A stretch of 63,377 bases of DNA, the filler included, from Octopus bimaculoides (taxonomy: Eukaryota): assembly GCF_001194135.2 (NCBI RefSeq). It is 4 parts of 4 records of this genome, joined end to end, with 100 filler letters (N's around TTAATTAATTAA, not from the genome) between each part and the next. Parts side by side here need not be neighbours in the genome. Positions count along the whole stretch, not along the records: positions 1 to 20,287 come from NC_068996.1; 3 more parts are not named here. One strand, given 5' to 3'. The notes below the pieces were generated by a model. The model made no database searches, had not been told where the DNA came from, and saw only the letters and a list, made by a program, of their open reading frames with translations. Each line of letters opens with the position of its first letter. The stretch's first letter is position 1. Positions 1-12,111 of the stretch are shown piece after piece. Made by a program: the position numbers and the translations under genes.

Positions 1-308
1 GGCCTTCGTAGGATTTTTGAGCGAGATCGTTGCCAGTGCCCCTGGACTGGCTCTTGTGCGGGTGGCACATAAAATACACCATTTTGAGCGTGGCTGTTGC
101 CAGTACCTCCTGACTGGCTTTCATGCGAGTGACACGTAAAAGCACCCACTACACTCTCTGAGTGGTTGGCATTAGGAAGAGCATCCAGCTGTAGAAACTC
201 TGCCAAATCAGATTGGAGGCTGGTGTTGCCATCCGGTTTCACCAGTCCTCTGTCCAATCGTCCAACCCATGCTAGCATGGAAAGCGGATGTTAAACGATG
301 ATGATGAT
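1..308 (+). mobile_element. RTE-type tail retroposon (family R), ends in (GAT)n
   Basis: GGTTGGCATTAGGAAG.GCATCCAGCTGTAGAAAC...GTTAAACGATGATGAT, shared with four other copies. Confidence 0.8.
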
Positions 309-2551
309 ATATATAACTAAATCCAGTTATTGAACCATGGCAATGCAGAGGCCCCATCTTCATGTGTTTTAGTCAATTATAAGTAATAAAAAAAGTGTTG
401 AATGATACTGTAAATGATAGTAATGTTCTCTATCGCTGATCCCTCTTAGATTACTAAGCAGATGAACATTTACCATCTTCCTAGGTAGTATATTCTTTAC
501 TTTCTCTATGCAGCCAAACCTGATAATCTACAAATTATGTTGAGCTGTTCACTCACAACATTACCATTGCTGTACAAGTGAAGAAGCCTTTCTGTAAAAA
601 AACTTGAAATCAGTTAGTAATCACCCACTACAGCAATGCTTGCAAGATAAGCATCAGAAAGCAAAAGATTCCATCATGCATCGGGTGGCTTGTAAGTTTT
701 TTTTTGCTTCCCTAATTGCAGTTTGGACTTCTGGTACCTAACTGAGAGAATTTCTTTTAACTTTGCCAAACCTCTAAACACTCTTATTTGCCACATTGCA
801 AGTGAAAAAACCTTATAAATGTAGCAGTTTTACAGATAAATTCACATTTGCTGCCCATTTTGTTTTCATATTTACACTGCACAAATACATCCCAAAATGT
901 CTTCTTCACAGCCCTTCCTCTTCATCATCTGCAATTCACTCTTTACCACAGTTTCTCTGCAGGAATTCATCCTTCACAGGTGTATGCCAAACATGAACCA
1001 ACCAACCCAAGAGTTTCACCAGTGAAGGAAAAAGCATATATATGGTTAGCTGTGAGAATCCTTCTCAGATGTCGCTCTACCATCATAAAAAGGAAAAACA
1101 TATTGTATAAAAACTCTTGTTACACAATATGAATAAGATAGGGGTGGGGTTGATTCTCTTTGATTACAAGTTTGCTCAATCAAAATTAACATGGGGCTTG
1201 ACAAAAACAACAGCAACTCTGACCAATTTATGATTGCTTGTACAGACCATAGGTACCACACCCACTTTTCTGCAAAGAATAATAAAAAAAAAAATTTTAA
1301 GAATATGGGAAATCATGGTGACACTTGACAACTTTGTTGGGTGTTTTCAACTCTGTAAAGCTTTTTTCTTGAGCTGTGACAACTGATATGCCAACACACT
1401 TGGAAGTGGCTTGAGGTAAACACTGTTTTTTTTTTTTTTTTTTTTTTTTTTTGTGGATTGCCATAGATTTCAGGAAAATTCTTCCAAACAAATTTCTTTG
1501 TGCCAAACACTTGTGATCTGGTAGTGGATTTGGTAGACAAAAACTGAAATGAAAACGAAACCTCTGTTATATGTTTGTATGTGTGTGTGTTTAGTCTGCC
1601 ACATTTCTATTTGAAAGTCACAACATTCTTGCTGTGTTCCTGTTGGCATTTCTATTGTCCATGTATAGTCTGCTCACTTTGTGCCTTCAAAGTCACATTG
1701 AAGAAGAGATCTCTTACTTGTAAAACTGAACTGAGTTGGCACCAGGAAGGTCATCTGACTGTAAATGCAAAGAGTGTCTCAGTATAATTTTTATCTCTTG
1801 CTAGCATGGGAAAGTGATGCAAAAATGAACTAATGATTGATCTGGTTGCAAAGCCAGGTGAAATGACCACAAGCAGTTCTAAGAGGGATAAACCTTTCGT
1901 ACGAAAATGATTAGTTTTTAATGATAATGGAAAGGATTGCAAATAAAACACAGATATCATGTTTTCACCTTCAGATCAGTGTTGGGTAAACTAAAAGTTG
2001 AATGTCATATCTGAATATTAGTGTATGTGAGGAACAGCATCGATTCTTTGGACGCATAATTAAAAACACAATTGTTTGAGTCTTTGTTTAAACTTTTCTC
2101 TTTTTCTTATAATTTCTTATAATAATTTCAAATATACATTTGCTTACTGCTATGTATGTCTGTTCGCACATACACACACACATTTCATTATTCTTTTACT
2201 GGTTTCATTGGACTAGGGCTGTGCTTGTTCATCACTTTTGACAATTCTAGTCTAGTACTTAGTTTATCAATTTTATTTATCAAACTGCTAAGTTACAACA
2301 TGTAAAAGGACACAACACCAGTTAATTAGCATAAATATAAACACACATACTTGGAGTGCATGTTTCTAAGAAGCCTTGAAAACACCAGGTAATATAAACA
2401 GACAAGACTCAATACAACTATAAAGTCTAAATATTTATTCAAACAAAATGCTAGTACCTGATTTTGAAGTATGGACAGCAGCAGCTCCATAGAAATTTGA
2501 GGAGCCATTTTGAAGTCACCTTGTATTTCATTTGAATAAAATATATAGAGA

Positions 2552-2725
2552 GGCGCAGGAGTGGCTGTGCGGTAAGTAGCTTGCTTACCAACCACATGGT
2601 TCCAGGTTCAGTCCCTCTGTGTGGCACCTTGGGCAAGTGTCTTCTACTATAGCCTCGGCCCAACCAAAGCCTTGTGAGTGGATTTGGTAGATAGAAACTG
2701 AAAGAAGCCCGTTGTGCATATGTAT
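2552..2725 (+). mobile_element. tRNA-derived CORE-like SINE (family A), 5' half
   Basis: A/B-box-like head plus GGCACCTTGGGCAAGTGTCTTC CORE-like motif. Confidence 0.8.
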
Positions 2726-3152
2726 AAACCCCAACCTAAAATAGTGTTGCCACTCTGTTCAGAGAAACCTTTATAATTATATCCATGTATAATGCTTACG
2801 CCTTCCCTTTCCTTAGAAGTGATTGCCCCTTATACTATAAGCACTAGATAAGAGACAATAAAATCAGAGACAGTTAGAATTCTACCTAGAACTAATTACT
2901 AGCCTGCTAGCCTTGGCTATGTCAAGATGGATTTTTATGTATTCTTCTTCCCACTTGGATTTTAAATGTTGCCACAATTATAATATGTCTATTCTACTGT
3001 AATTTTCTACATTTTTGTGCAGCTGAATATTGCTCTACATATTGCATTTAATGTAATGCTTGCATTGCTTAAATAAATGGAGTAGCATGAAACGGGTGTA
3101 CTGCAGTCATCTTTAAAATCTGTGTTGCTTATTTTGATTTATATATATATAT

Positions 3153-3500
3153 ATCATCATCATCATCATCATCGTTTAACGTCCACTTTCCATGCTAGCA
3201 TGGGTTGGACGATTTGACTGAGGACTGGTGCAACTGGATGGCTACACCAGGCTCCAATCTAATTTGGTAGAGTTTCTACAGCTGGATGCCTTTCCTAACG
3301 CCAACCACTCAGAGAGTGTAGTGGGTGCTTTTACGTGTCACCCGCACGAAAACGGCCACGTTTGGAATGGTGTCTTTTATGTGCCACCCGCACAAGAGCC
3401 AGTCTAGGGGCACTGGCAACAATCTCGCTCGAAAATCCTACAAGGCCAGTCAGGCGGTACTGGCAACGGTCACGCTCAGGATGGTACATCTTATGTGCCA
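3153..3500 (-). mobile_element. Family R retroposon
   Basis: (CAT)n-CGTTTAACGTCC... reverse copy. Confidence 0.8.
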
Positions 3501-4479
3501 NNNNNNNNNNNNNNNNNNNNNNNNNNNNNNNNNNNNNNNNNNNNNNNNNNNNNNNNNNNNNNNNNNNNNNNNNNNNNNNNNNNNNNNNNNNNNNNNNNNN
3601 NNNNNNNNNNNNNNNNNNNNNNNNNNNNNNNNNNNNNNNNNNNNNNNNNNNNNNNNNNNNNNNNNNNNNNNNNNNNNNNNNNNNNNNNNNNNNNNNNNNN
3701 NNNNNNNNNNNNNNNNNNNNNNNNNNNNNNNNNNNNNNNNNNNNNNNNNNNNNNNNNNNNNNNNNNNNNNNNNNNNNNNNNNNNNNNNNNNNNNNNNNNN
3801 NNNNNNNNNNNNNNNNNNNNNNNNNNNNNNNNNNNNNNNNNNNNNNNNNNNNNNNNNNNNNNNNNNNNNNNNNNNNNNNNNNNNNNNNNNNNNNNNNNNN
3901 NNNNNNNNNNNNNNNNNNNNNNNNNNNNNNNNNNNNNNNNNNNNNNNNNNNNNNNNNNNNNNNNNNNNNNNNNNNNNNNNNNNNNNNNNNNNNNNNNNNN
4001 NNNNNNNNNNNNNNNTATAATATAGATTTAATCAAAAGATTAAATGTGGTACTTAAAATGTTTGAGGCACCAGAATTTGGTAGGGTAAAAAAAACAAAAA
4101 CAAAATCAAGAGATTTGGTGAATAAAATTTGAAGATAAGTAACAAAAATTCAATAGCTTATAGCAGTATGTACGTTTCGTACAAGCTCCATTTATTCATG
4201 TAGTGAGAACACCACAGAATGTACAATGAAAATGTACTCCTCAGCTGCATAATGGAATTTCATTTTAGAAAGACATTTTGAAGATGTTTGCAAAAAACAA
4301 AAGTAAGAGAAGAAAACATACCATCTCGACTATGCTGCGGTTCAGCAGATTATATATATATATTAATGGCGTGTAGGGATACTGTATTTCGTTATGCAAT
4401 CATAATATCTTATAATGTATTTTAAACATTTTTATAAGCCAAAACTGTGTTCTATTGCATTAGCAGTGCTATTACAATA

Positions 4480-4748
4480 CTTGTTAAGGATATCTCTACC
4501 AATTTTCTGTAGAAATTGTATTCAGCACTGATTTGGCTATTTAAGCAAGAGTTTGCAGATGACTAATGGGTTGGATGTGGTGCTGACGAAGGAACAAAAA
4601 CTCCTGAAATATGTCATATAAGCCCATTGCCCATTTTTTATCTCCGGTTTCATTGCTGTTTATGTCAAGAGCCTCAAACACGAAACATAACACAATCAGA
4701 GGCTGGATATAATTTTTACTGAAAATCTGTAGAGATAACCTTAACAAG
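4480..4748. repeat. 47-bp inverted repeats enclosing the family 2 hammerhead
   Basis: 4480-4526 versus the reverse complement of 4702-4748: 40/47 identical. Confidence 0.85.
4583..4620 (+). ncRNA. Hammerhead-like motif, family 2
   Basis: CTGACGA-AGGA..TCCT-GAAA-TATGTCATATA. Distal stem I AATGGGT/GCCCATT. Proximal stem I is degenerate. Confidence 0.6.
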
Positions 4749-4776
4749 TGGTATATATATATATATATATATATAT

Positions 4777-5097
4777 AATTCAATAATAGGATAAAGTCTT
4801 TGTAAGAATTTATCAAGTAGTTAGCATGAAAAAACCTCATAAGGGAAAACTCCATCATTTATTCCCTATAAATATATATATTTATATAAGGGCATTACTA
4901 TACATAAATGCCTCATGTTAAGAGGGACTCTAAAGTCAAACTACCATAATAAACATATTTTTACCGAACGCGAGGGATGGCAACTCTCAAAGCTAGCCCC
5001 CTAAAAGCTGACTGAATGGTAGATCATGATTTCGTAATTAATGCAGTAATCTGCATCTTTTACTCATCAGTACATGTATGGTCAAGACATAAAAATA
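4777..5097 (-). repeat. Partial inverted copy 1 of the ~490-bp hammerhead repeat (runs into gap)
   Basis: Reverse complement matches the unit from TATTTTTATGTCTTGACC through CCTATTATTGAATTAT. Confidence 0.88.
5019..5073 (-). ncRNA. Type I hammerhead ribozyme, family 1, copy 1
   Basis: Reverse complement reads GTA CTGATGA GTAAAAGATGCAGATTACTGCATTAATTAC GAAA TCATGATC TAC. Confidence 0.86.
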
Positions 5098-5785
5098 NNN
5101 NNNNNNNNNNNNNNNNNNNNNNNNNNNNNNNNNNNNNNNNNNNNNNNNNNNNNNNNNNNNNNNNNNNNNNNNNNNNNNNNNNNNNNNNNNNNNNNNNNNN
5201 NNNNNNNNNNNNNNNNNNNNNNNNNNNNNNNNNNNNNNNNNNNNNNNNNNNNNNNNNNNNNNNNNNNNNNNNNNNNNNNNNNNNNNNNNNNNNNNNNNNN
5301 NNNNNNNNNNNNNNNNNNNNNNNNNNNNNNNNNNNNNNNNNNNNNNNNNNNNNNNNNNNNNNNNNNNNNNNNNNNNNNNNNNNNNNNNNNNNNNNNNNNN
5401 NNNNNNNNNNNNNNNNNNNNNNNNNNNNNNNNNNNNNNNNNNNNNNNNNNNNNNNNNNNNNNNNNNNNNNNNNNNNNNNNNNNNNNNNNNNNNNNNNNNN
5501 NNNNNNNNNNNNNNNNNNNNNNNNNNNNNNNNNNNNNNNNNNNNNNNNNNNNNNNNNNNNNNNNNNNNNNNNNNNNNNNNNNNNNNNNNNNNNNNNNNNN
5601 NNNNNNNNNNNNNNNNNNNNNNNNNNNNNNNNNNNNNNNNNNNNNNNNNNNNNNNNNNNNNNNNNNNNNNNNNNNNNNNNNNNNNNNNNNNNNNNNNNNN
5701 NNNNNNNNNNNNNNNNNNNNNNNNNNNNNNNNNNNNNNNNNNAAAAGGAAATAAAAATAATTTCAGTTATCTCTCTCTCTTTCTT

Positions 5786-5818
<33 letters not shown>

Positions 5819-6837
5819 CGCACATACACACACACTGAAAAATAGATGGTGAAAACATCAATGTGTTAGGGGAGTGAAATTCCAAGGATTTCAGCACACC
5901 GGTGGCAGGCATCCATTTGGGGGAGCCATGCTTTTCACATGGGCAACTTTATGTGGCCTGCTCCCATGTGGGTAGTAGAAACGCTCTTTTTGTGTATGCT
6001 CCTCAGGACAGAACACGCAATGTTGTCTATAGCGAAGTTTTATAGACAAGTCTTCATTGCAGCTGATGTGGTTATAAACAATGATCCGGAAGCATTGGCC
6101 GGACATATTCTCAAACCATGGCAACATGACTTATGGACTCTTCCTCTATTTTATTGGACAATGCTGACTTCTCCAACAACAATGCTCACTCGGCTGATAT
6201 CAGTGATTGGCTAAGTTGCTCATAGAGTTAACCTAGAAGGGACAGGCCCCTTATTTTTTGGTTAAGGCTGTTGGTAAGTTTTCCTAAGTTACTCCAATCC
6301 AGATCTCCAATGCAAGCCTTCAGATCAACCTTCTCTTATGCAGATCTCTAATGCAACTTAAAAAAAAAAACAGTCAATGAGTGGAAATAACCGATAAACT
6401 AATTCCTTATGGGATTTTCCAATCAAATTGCCNNNNNNNNNNNNNNNNNNNNNNNNNNNNNNNNNNNNNNNNNNNNNNNNNNNNNNNNNNNNNNNNNNNN
6501 NNNNNNNNNNNNNNNNNNNNNNNNNNNNNNNNNNNNNNNNNNNNNNNNNNNNNNNNNNNNNNNNNNNNNNNNNNNNNNNNNNNNNNNNNNNGGGTTAGGG
6601 TTTTAGGGTAAGGGAATCAAGCCAACAAAATAGTTGAAAGAAAGGGCTTCCAAACAGTTGCTTCATTTCCTAGAAATAGCAGCCAAGTCTTCCTCAAATC
6701 AAACTCTACCATCATTTAGAAAATGTGCTACACAGTACATAGAAAATTACCGAAAAATTGTTGAACAGATTTTCACCAAATTTGGCAAAAATACTCATTG
6801 GGTGAGTGGTTTGAAACGAGATTATCTAAAACTCTAT

Positions 6838-7566
6838 CCCTAACCCTAACTCTAAAACCCTATCCTTAACCCTAAAACCCTAACCCTGACCCTAAAACCC
6901 TAACCCTAACCCGAACCCTAACCCTAAAACCCCAAAGCTAAAACCAGTACAAACGTACGAATGATGTCATAAATAACAGTACCGCCAATAGTTGTTGTTG
7001 ACAACGGCAGTAATTTTATTCAAGGGAAAAGATCCCATTACACAGCCAGAACATGTTGTTGACAAACCACAGCAGTAATTGTTTTCACTTCAATAGACGT
7101 CAGTGATTAGTTGAAATTACCAAAATATGACAACTTTTAACATGAAATAATTTGGAATATAGAAACTTTTCTTAACAAGGCTAAGAGAAAAAGATGTTTT
7201 ATATGACACATTCTACCAGTATCCCAAGTTTGAAAGTGTTTCGTTTGGAAACAAATGGTGTCCACCAAATCAGAAAGATCCAAACATCATTTCTCTTGGC
7301 ATTTTTAAGAAAATTCTTTATTTTCAAAGTTATTTCGTGTTAAAGTTGTCGTATTCCTGTAATTCCAACCAATCAATGACGTCTATTGAAGTGAAAACAA
7401 TTACTGCTGTTGTTTGTCAACAACAACTTCCGGCAGTGTATATTACATTTGTCACTGTTATGTATGACATCGTTTGTGCATTTGTACTGGTTTTAGCTTT
7501 AGGGTTTTAGGGTTAGAGTTCGGGTTTTAGAGTTAGGGTTAGGGTTTTAGGGTCAGGGTTAGGGTT
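6838..7566. mobile_element. ~730-bp imperfect palindrome (foldback element) with telomere-like termini
   Basis: Left arm (CCCTAA/CCCTAAAA)n-GCTAAAACCAGTACAAA...CACTTCAATAGACGTCA is mirrored by TGACGTCTATTGAAGTG...TTTGTACTGGTTTTAGC-(TTAGGG/TTTTAGGG)n. Confidence 0.8.
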
Positions 7567-7644
7567 TTTTTCAGCTACTATTTTCGGAAAGACATTTTTG
7601 CCCCCTTCCACTCCAATTTCTTTATTTTTCACATTTTTCCATAA

Positions 7645-7815
7645 CTCTAACCCTAAAATCCCAACCCTAACCCTAAAACCCCAACCCTAACCCTAAAACC
7701 CCAACCCTAATCCTAAAACCCTGACTTTAAAACCCTAACTCTAAAACCCTAACCCTAAAACCTTAATTTTAAAACCCTATCCCTAACCCTGACACTAAAA
7801 ACCCTAACCCTAACT
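7645..7815. repeat. Degenerate telomere-like CCCTAA/CCCTAAAA tract (resumes at 8197-8232)
   Basis: Direct reading of the sequence. Confidence 0.85.
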
Positions 7816-7816
7816 T

Positions 7817-8196
7817 GGTACTATTCAAGATGAGTGGTCCCAGTGCGCGCACTCACGCATCCGCCCTAGCGTGTTGTGACTAGTCGATCCTACGGCTACC
7901 TAGCGCGAGTGCCCGTCATGCACATGTATGAGGGTTTTTCTAAACAAAGTAAATAATTTTTTTACACTAGATGTGACACCAAAATACACCCTGGAAGAAT
8001 GTAAAACAACGTTTTAAGAGTAAGATGGGGAAGATTCAACAAAAAAGAATTATTTACTTTGTTTAAAAAAAATTATTTACTTTGTTTTAAAAAAAAACCC
8101 TCATACATGTTTTGCACATACGCGCTAGATAGTAGTTGTAGGATCGACTAGCTAGCGCGGATGCGTGCACTGGGACCACTCTTCTTGAATAGTACC
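7817..8196. mobile_element. Merlin-related MITE/deletion derivative
   Basis: TIRs GGTACTATTCAAG..GAGTGGTCCCAGTGC / GCACTGGGACCACTC..CTTGAATAGTACC. Internal 7967-8040 is nearly identical to 8537-8608 of the adjacent transposase fragment. Confidence 0.75.
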
Positions 8197-8279
8197 CCCT
8201 AACCCTAAAACCCTAACCCCAACCCTAACACTAAAGACATAGTCTTTCAAAATCTACTGTTGTTCAATGATATCAGTAC

Positions 8280-8585
8280 TTGAGGGACATTACAAGTAAT
8301 TATCTTTTGCATAACCCCTACCAAATTGGTGGACTTGGGCACATCATAGAAATAGATGAATCTATGATGTTCAAATACAACGGAAGATGGGATAGAGAGG
8401 ATAAAAATAGGTTTTTACTCTTTGTACCTGACCGTTCTTCTGAAACTCTTCTACCACTTATTAAAAAATTTATCAAACCAGGGACGACTATATGTTCTGA
8501 TTGTTGGAGTGCGTCGTACAATGGGATTACTGAAATAGATGTGACACCAAAATACACCCTGGAAGAACGTAAAACCACGTTTTAA
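8280..8585 (+). pseudogene. Merlin (IS1016/IS1595-like) DDE transposase fragment
   Basis: IGGLGHIIEIDES...VPDRSSETLLPLIKKFIKPGTTICSDCW matches the Merlin GGxG.VEIDES and DRSAxTL..I...I.PGT.I.SD.W motifs. Internally deleted. Confidence 0.85.
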
Positions 8586-9939
8586 GAGTAAGATGGGCAA
8601 GATTCAACCCAAAAAAAATTAGGCATAACTACAGGGTTTTACCCCCCAGACTTTGAGAGGTCATAACTTTCAGAAAAATGAATTTTTTNNNNNNNNNNNN
8701 NNNNNNNNNNNNNNNNNNNNNNNNNNNNNNNNNNNNNNNNNNNNNNNNNNNNNNNNNNNNNNNNNNNNNNNNNNNNNNNNNNNNNNNNNNNNNNNNNNNN
8801 NNNNNNNNNNNNNNNNNNNNNNNNNNNNNNNNNNNNNNNNNNNNNNNNNNNNNNNNNNNNNNNNNNNNNNNNNNNNNNNNNNNNNNNNNNNNNNNNNNNN
8901 NNNNNNNNNNNNNNNNNNNNNNNNNNNNNNNNNNNNNNNNNNNNNNNNNNNNNNNNNNNNNNNNNNNNNNNNNNNNNNNNNNNNNNNNNNNNNNNNNNNN
9001 NNNNNNNNNNNNNNNNNNNNNNNNNNNNNNNNNNNNNNNNNNNNNNNNNNNNNNNNNNNNNNNNNNNNNNNNNNNNNNNNNNNNNNNNNNNNNNNNNNNN
9101 NNNNNNNNNNNNNNNNNNNNNNNNNNNNNNNNNNNNNNNNNNNNNNNNNNNNNNNNNNNNNNNNNNNNNNNNNNNNNNNNNNNNNNNNNNNNNNNNNNNN
9201 NNNNNNNNNNNNNNNNNNNNNNNNNNNNNNNNNNNNNNNNNNNNNNNNNNNNNNNNNNNNNNNNNNNNNNNNNNNNNNNNNNNNNNNNNNNNNNNNNNNN
9301 NNNNNNNNNNNNNNNNNNNNNNNNNNNNNNNNNNNNNNNNNNNNNNNNNNNNNNNNNNNNNNNNNNNNNNNNNNNNNNNNNNNNNNNNNNNNNNNNNNNN
9401 NNNNNNNNNNNNNNNNNNNNNNNNNNNNNNNNNNNNNNNNNNNNNNNNNNNNNNNNNNNNNNNNNNNNTTTTGTTTTTTTCTCTTTAAAGGTGGTTATGT
9501 TATTTTGTTGGGATTAATCCACCTTTAAAGTGAAAAAAACAAAACCGACGTATACGACTGGTATGTAAAATATATAGATGTGTATAGGCATGCACACAAA
9601 CATACGCATGTACACAGATGCATACGCGCACACATGTGCACGCACATACATGCATACATACATACATGCATACATACATACATACATACATACATACATA
9701 CATACATACATACATACACACGTACGTATATATCATGAACTAACTGTTACTTTCTCAGATGCAGCACAGAATTTTGTCAGTGAACAGGTCGCGGTCTCAA
9801 AGCGACGAAAATATTTTGGCGAATTAAATTCAAATATTGAAGTGAATCTAACGGGTTTTGTGTGTTATTTTAAATGGCTTATAAACACCTTCCACGCTGC
9901 AATTGTTTTCGTTCCAGCACACGATCTCAGATCAGGTCA

Positions 9940-10063
9940 CTTGTTTTGCGCATGACGTGCACTCGCGCTAGGTAGTTGTAGAATCGACTAGTCACGACTC
10001 GCTAGTGCAGATGCGCGAGTGTGCGAATGAGTGCAACGGGACCACCCTTCTCGAATAGTTACC
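9940..10063. mobile_element. Right terminal region of a Merlin-family element
   Basis: GCGCTAGGTAGTTGTAGAATCGACTAG...GGGACCACCCTTCTCGAATAGTTACC is homologous to the TIR at 8120-8196. Confidence 0.65.
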
Positions 10064-10068
10064 CATGC

Positions 10069-10561
10069 AGTATTCGTCTGGTATGTTGATTTTTTTTGTT
10101 TATTTTTATGTGTCTTGACCATACATATACTGATGAGTAAAGGGTGCATATTACTGCACTGATTACGAAATCATGATCTACCATTCAGTCAGCTTTTAGG
10201 GGGCTAGCTTTGAGAGTTGCCATCCCTCGCATTCGGTAAAAATATGTTTATTATGGTAGTTTGACTTTAGAGTCCCTCTTAACATAAGGCATTTATGTAT
10301 AGTAATGCCCTTATATAAATAAACATATTTATAGGGAATAAATGATAGATTTTTCCCTTATGAGGTTTTTTCACGCCAACCACTTGATAAATTCTCACAA
10401 AGACTTTATCCTATTATTGAATTATAAATATAATCAGAATATATTCAGTGCTGAATTTTATTCTAAAAAAACACATGTATCGAGATGCAATTCGAAAAGC
10501 CAGCCTCTTACATAGATATATAAGGATAAACAATTTTCTATGTACTAGGCCGAATACATGG
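10069..10561 (+). repeat. ~490-bp hammerhead-containing repeat unit (retrozyme-like), copy 2
   Basis: Near-identical to 13252-13729 and 13730-14075. No long ORF. Confidence 0.9.
10127..10181 (+). ncRNA. Type I hammerhead ribozyme, family 1, copy 2
   Basis: ATA-CTGATGA-GTAA..GTGCA/TGCAC..TTAC-GAAA-TCATGATC-TAC. One stem I pair is mutated (ATA instead of GTA). Confidence 0.8.
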
Positions 10562-10700
10562 GAATCACTGTTACTTCTGTCTTTGAATGAAGAAGGTGTA
10601 AGTTTGTTTTGCCTGTTAGTTGCTTTGGTGAGGGATTGTTTTGTTTGTTGTGTGCTGCTTTGCGGCAGTGTAGTTGTGCTTTCTCTCTTTGAGAGTTAGT

Positions 10701-12059
10701 ATGGCTAATAAAAGTAGAAGGAATTCCTTTTACTCAGACCTTTTACTCCTCATCATCTGAGGTGGAGTTGTTAAGGACTGTTGAGGCTATAGACAGGGAA
10801 CTAGAAAAGAGGAGGTTCGCAGATGTCACCCGAGAAGAAGATGACAATGTGATAATTGATATGGAGAAATACAAGAAGCTGTTGAGTCGAGACGGTTACA
10901 CCGTACAAGTGACCCCTCCGCTCGAAACAACAAAACTGATAAAAGGAAGAACAATAATGTATAAGACTTATTCAATCAAGGAAAGGAAAATAGATCATAT
11001 GACAACGGAACAAGTGGAGAAGATGCTGAAGCCAATCTGGCAAGAAATAACATATCTTGCCAGAGGGCCGAAATTTGGGCAAATTGAAGTTAGATTCAAA
11101 AACGAAAACACGGCGAAGAAGCACGCGGCAACACCACTGAAGGATGAAGTGTTAGTACTTCTACCCACGTACCTGGGACAGAGAGCGACTCGGGTAAGGG
11201 TAGAAAGAATACCACCAGAAATTGACGTAGCCTGGATAGCAGCTGCTGTCTTGGCTGAAACTGAAGGAAAAATAGTGGTGCTCCAGGCAACTAAGACGAA
11301 AAGTGCAAATTGGAAAGGCCAAATATTAAACATGATAGTTCAAGTGAGGCAATAGAAGAGATGGTGGAAACAGTAACTATGGATGAAGTTGTAATGAATG
11401 TAAGAGTGGTGGGCAGGATACCGCGCTGTTTCAAATGTGGTCAGAAGGGCCACATAAAAGCAAAATGCCCTCTGCCAGATAAAAAAGTGGAGGAAGTGCA
11501 AGAAGAAAGCAGTAAGGAGAAGACGCAGGAGAGGCCCCGGGAAGAACAGGAGGAGGAGGAATTGGTTTCAGAAAAAGAGGAAGAATGGGAAAAGAGAAGG
11601 AAGAGGAAAAAGGCAAGTCCAACACACAAAGAACTTCACCCGACAACTACCCAAGGCCCACCCATACCCTCTCTATTCCACTCTTGCCCTGCAGACACTA
11701 AGCCTTCCCATTCCCTTCCATCACAAAAACAAAAGTAAAGAGTACATACAGACAATGCCTCAAAAATCTCCTCCTCCAGATGTTTTGCGTGTATAATTCA
11801 TGACAAAGACTTGTTTGCAGAGGCTTTCAAATGGGAAAACACGGTGCATGTTGGTGCGGAAGGTGTGAGTGGTCTGGTGCTACTATTAATGGCACAGCAA
11901 AGGATGGCTATAGAGAGACATAATGTGGATTATGAAATGTGGGAAGTTGACTCCGATAAGGAGAAGCTGTTACAGTTTGTTCAGTCTGAAGAACTGATAG
12001 AGAGATTTGGGTTGGATATAATTGAGTATAGGGGAAAGGAAGCAAGTGGTGTTGCCTGA
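10701..12059 (+). pseudogene. Frameshifted ORF1/gag-like protein with CX2CX4HX4C zinc knuckle
   Basis: ATG at 10701, then frames 10762-11355, 11310-11738 (VRVVGRIPRCFKCGQKGHIKAKC plus E/K-rich tail) and 11811-12059. About three frameshifts. Confidence 0.75.
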
Positions 12060-12111
12060 TGGGGTGGGTAGCACCATTTTCATCTTTACATTTATCCATC
12101 TTTCATTATAT

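Noticed and set aside
420-1270. Coding-like composition on the minus strand
   Set aside because: Stops in all frames and no recognisable motif. It may be a decayed element but cannot be assigned.
5891-6214. Overlapping short ORFs, considered as a missing TAOK exon or LINE endonuclease
   Set aside because: No FATIRT/KRMRRQH-type TAOK sequence and only vague endonuclease resemblance.
6592-8232. True telomere or chromosome-fusion site
   Set aside because: The repeats are degenerate, short, in both orientations and interleaved with transposon arms.
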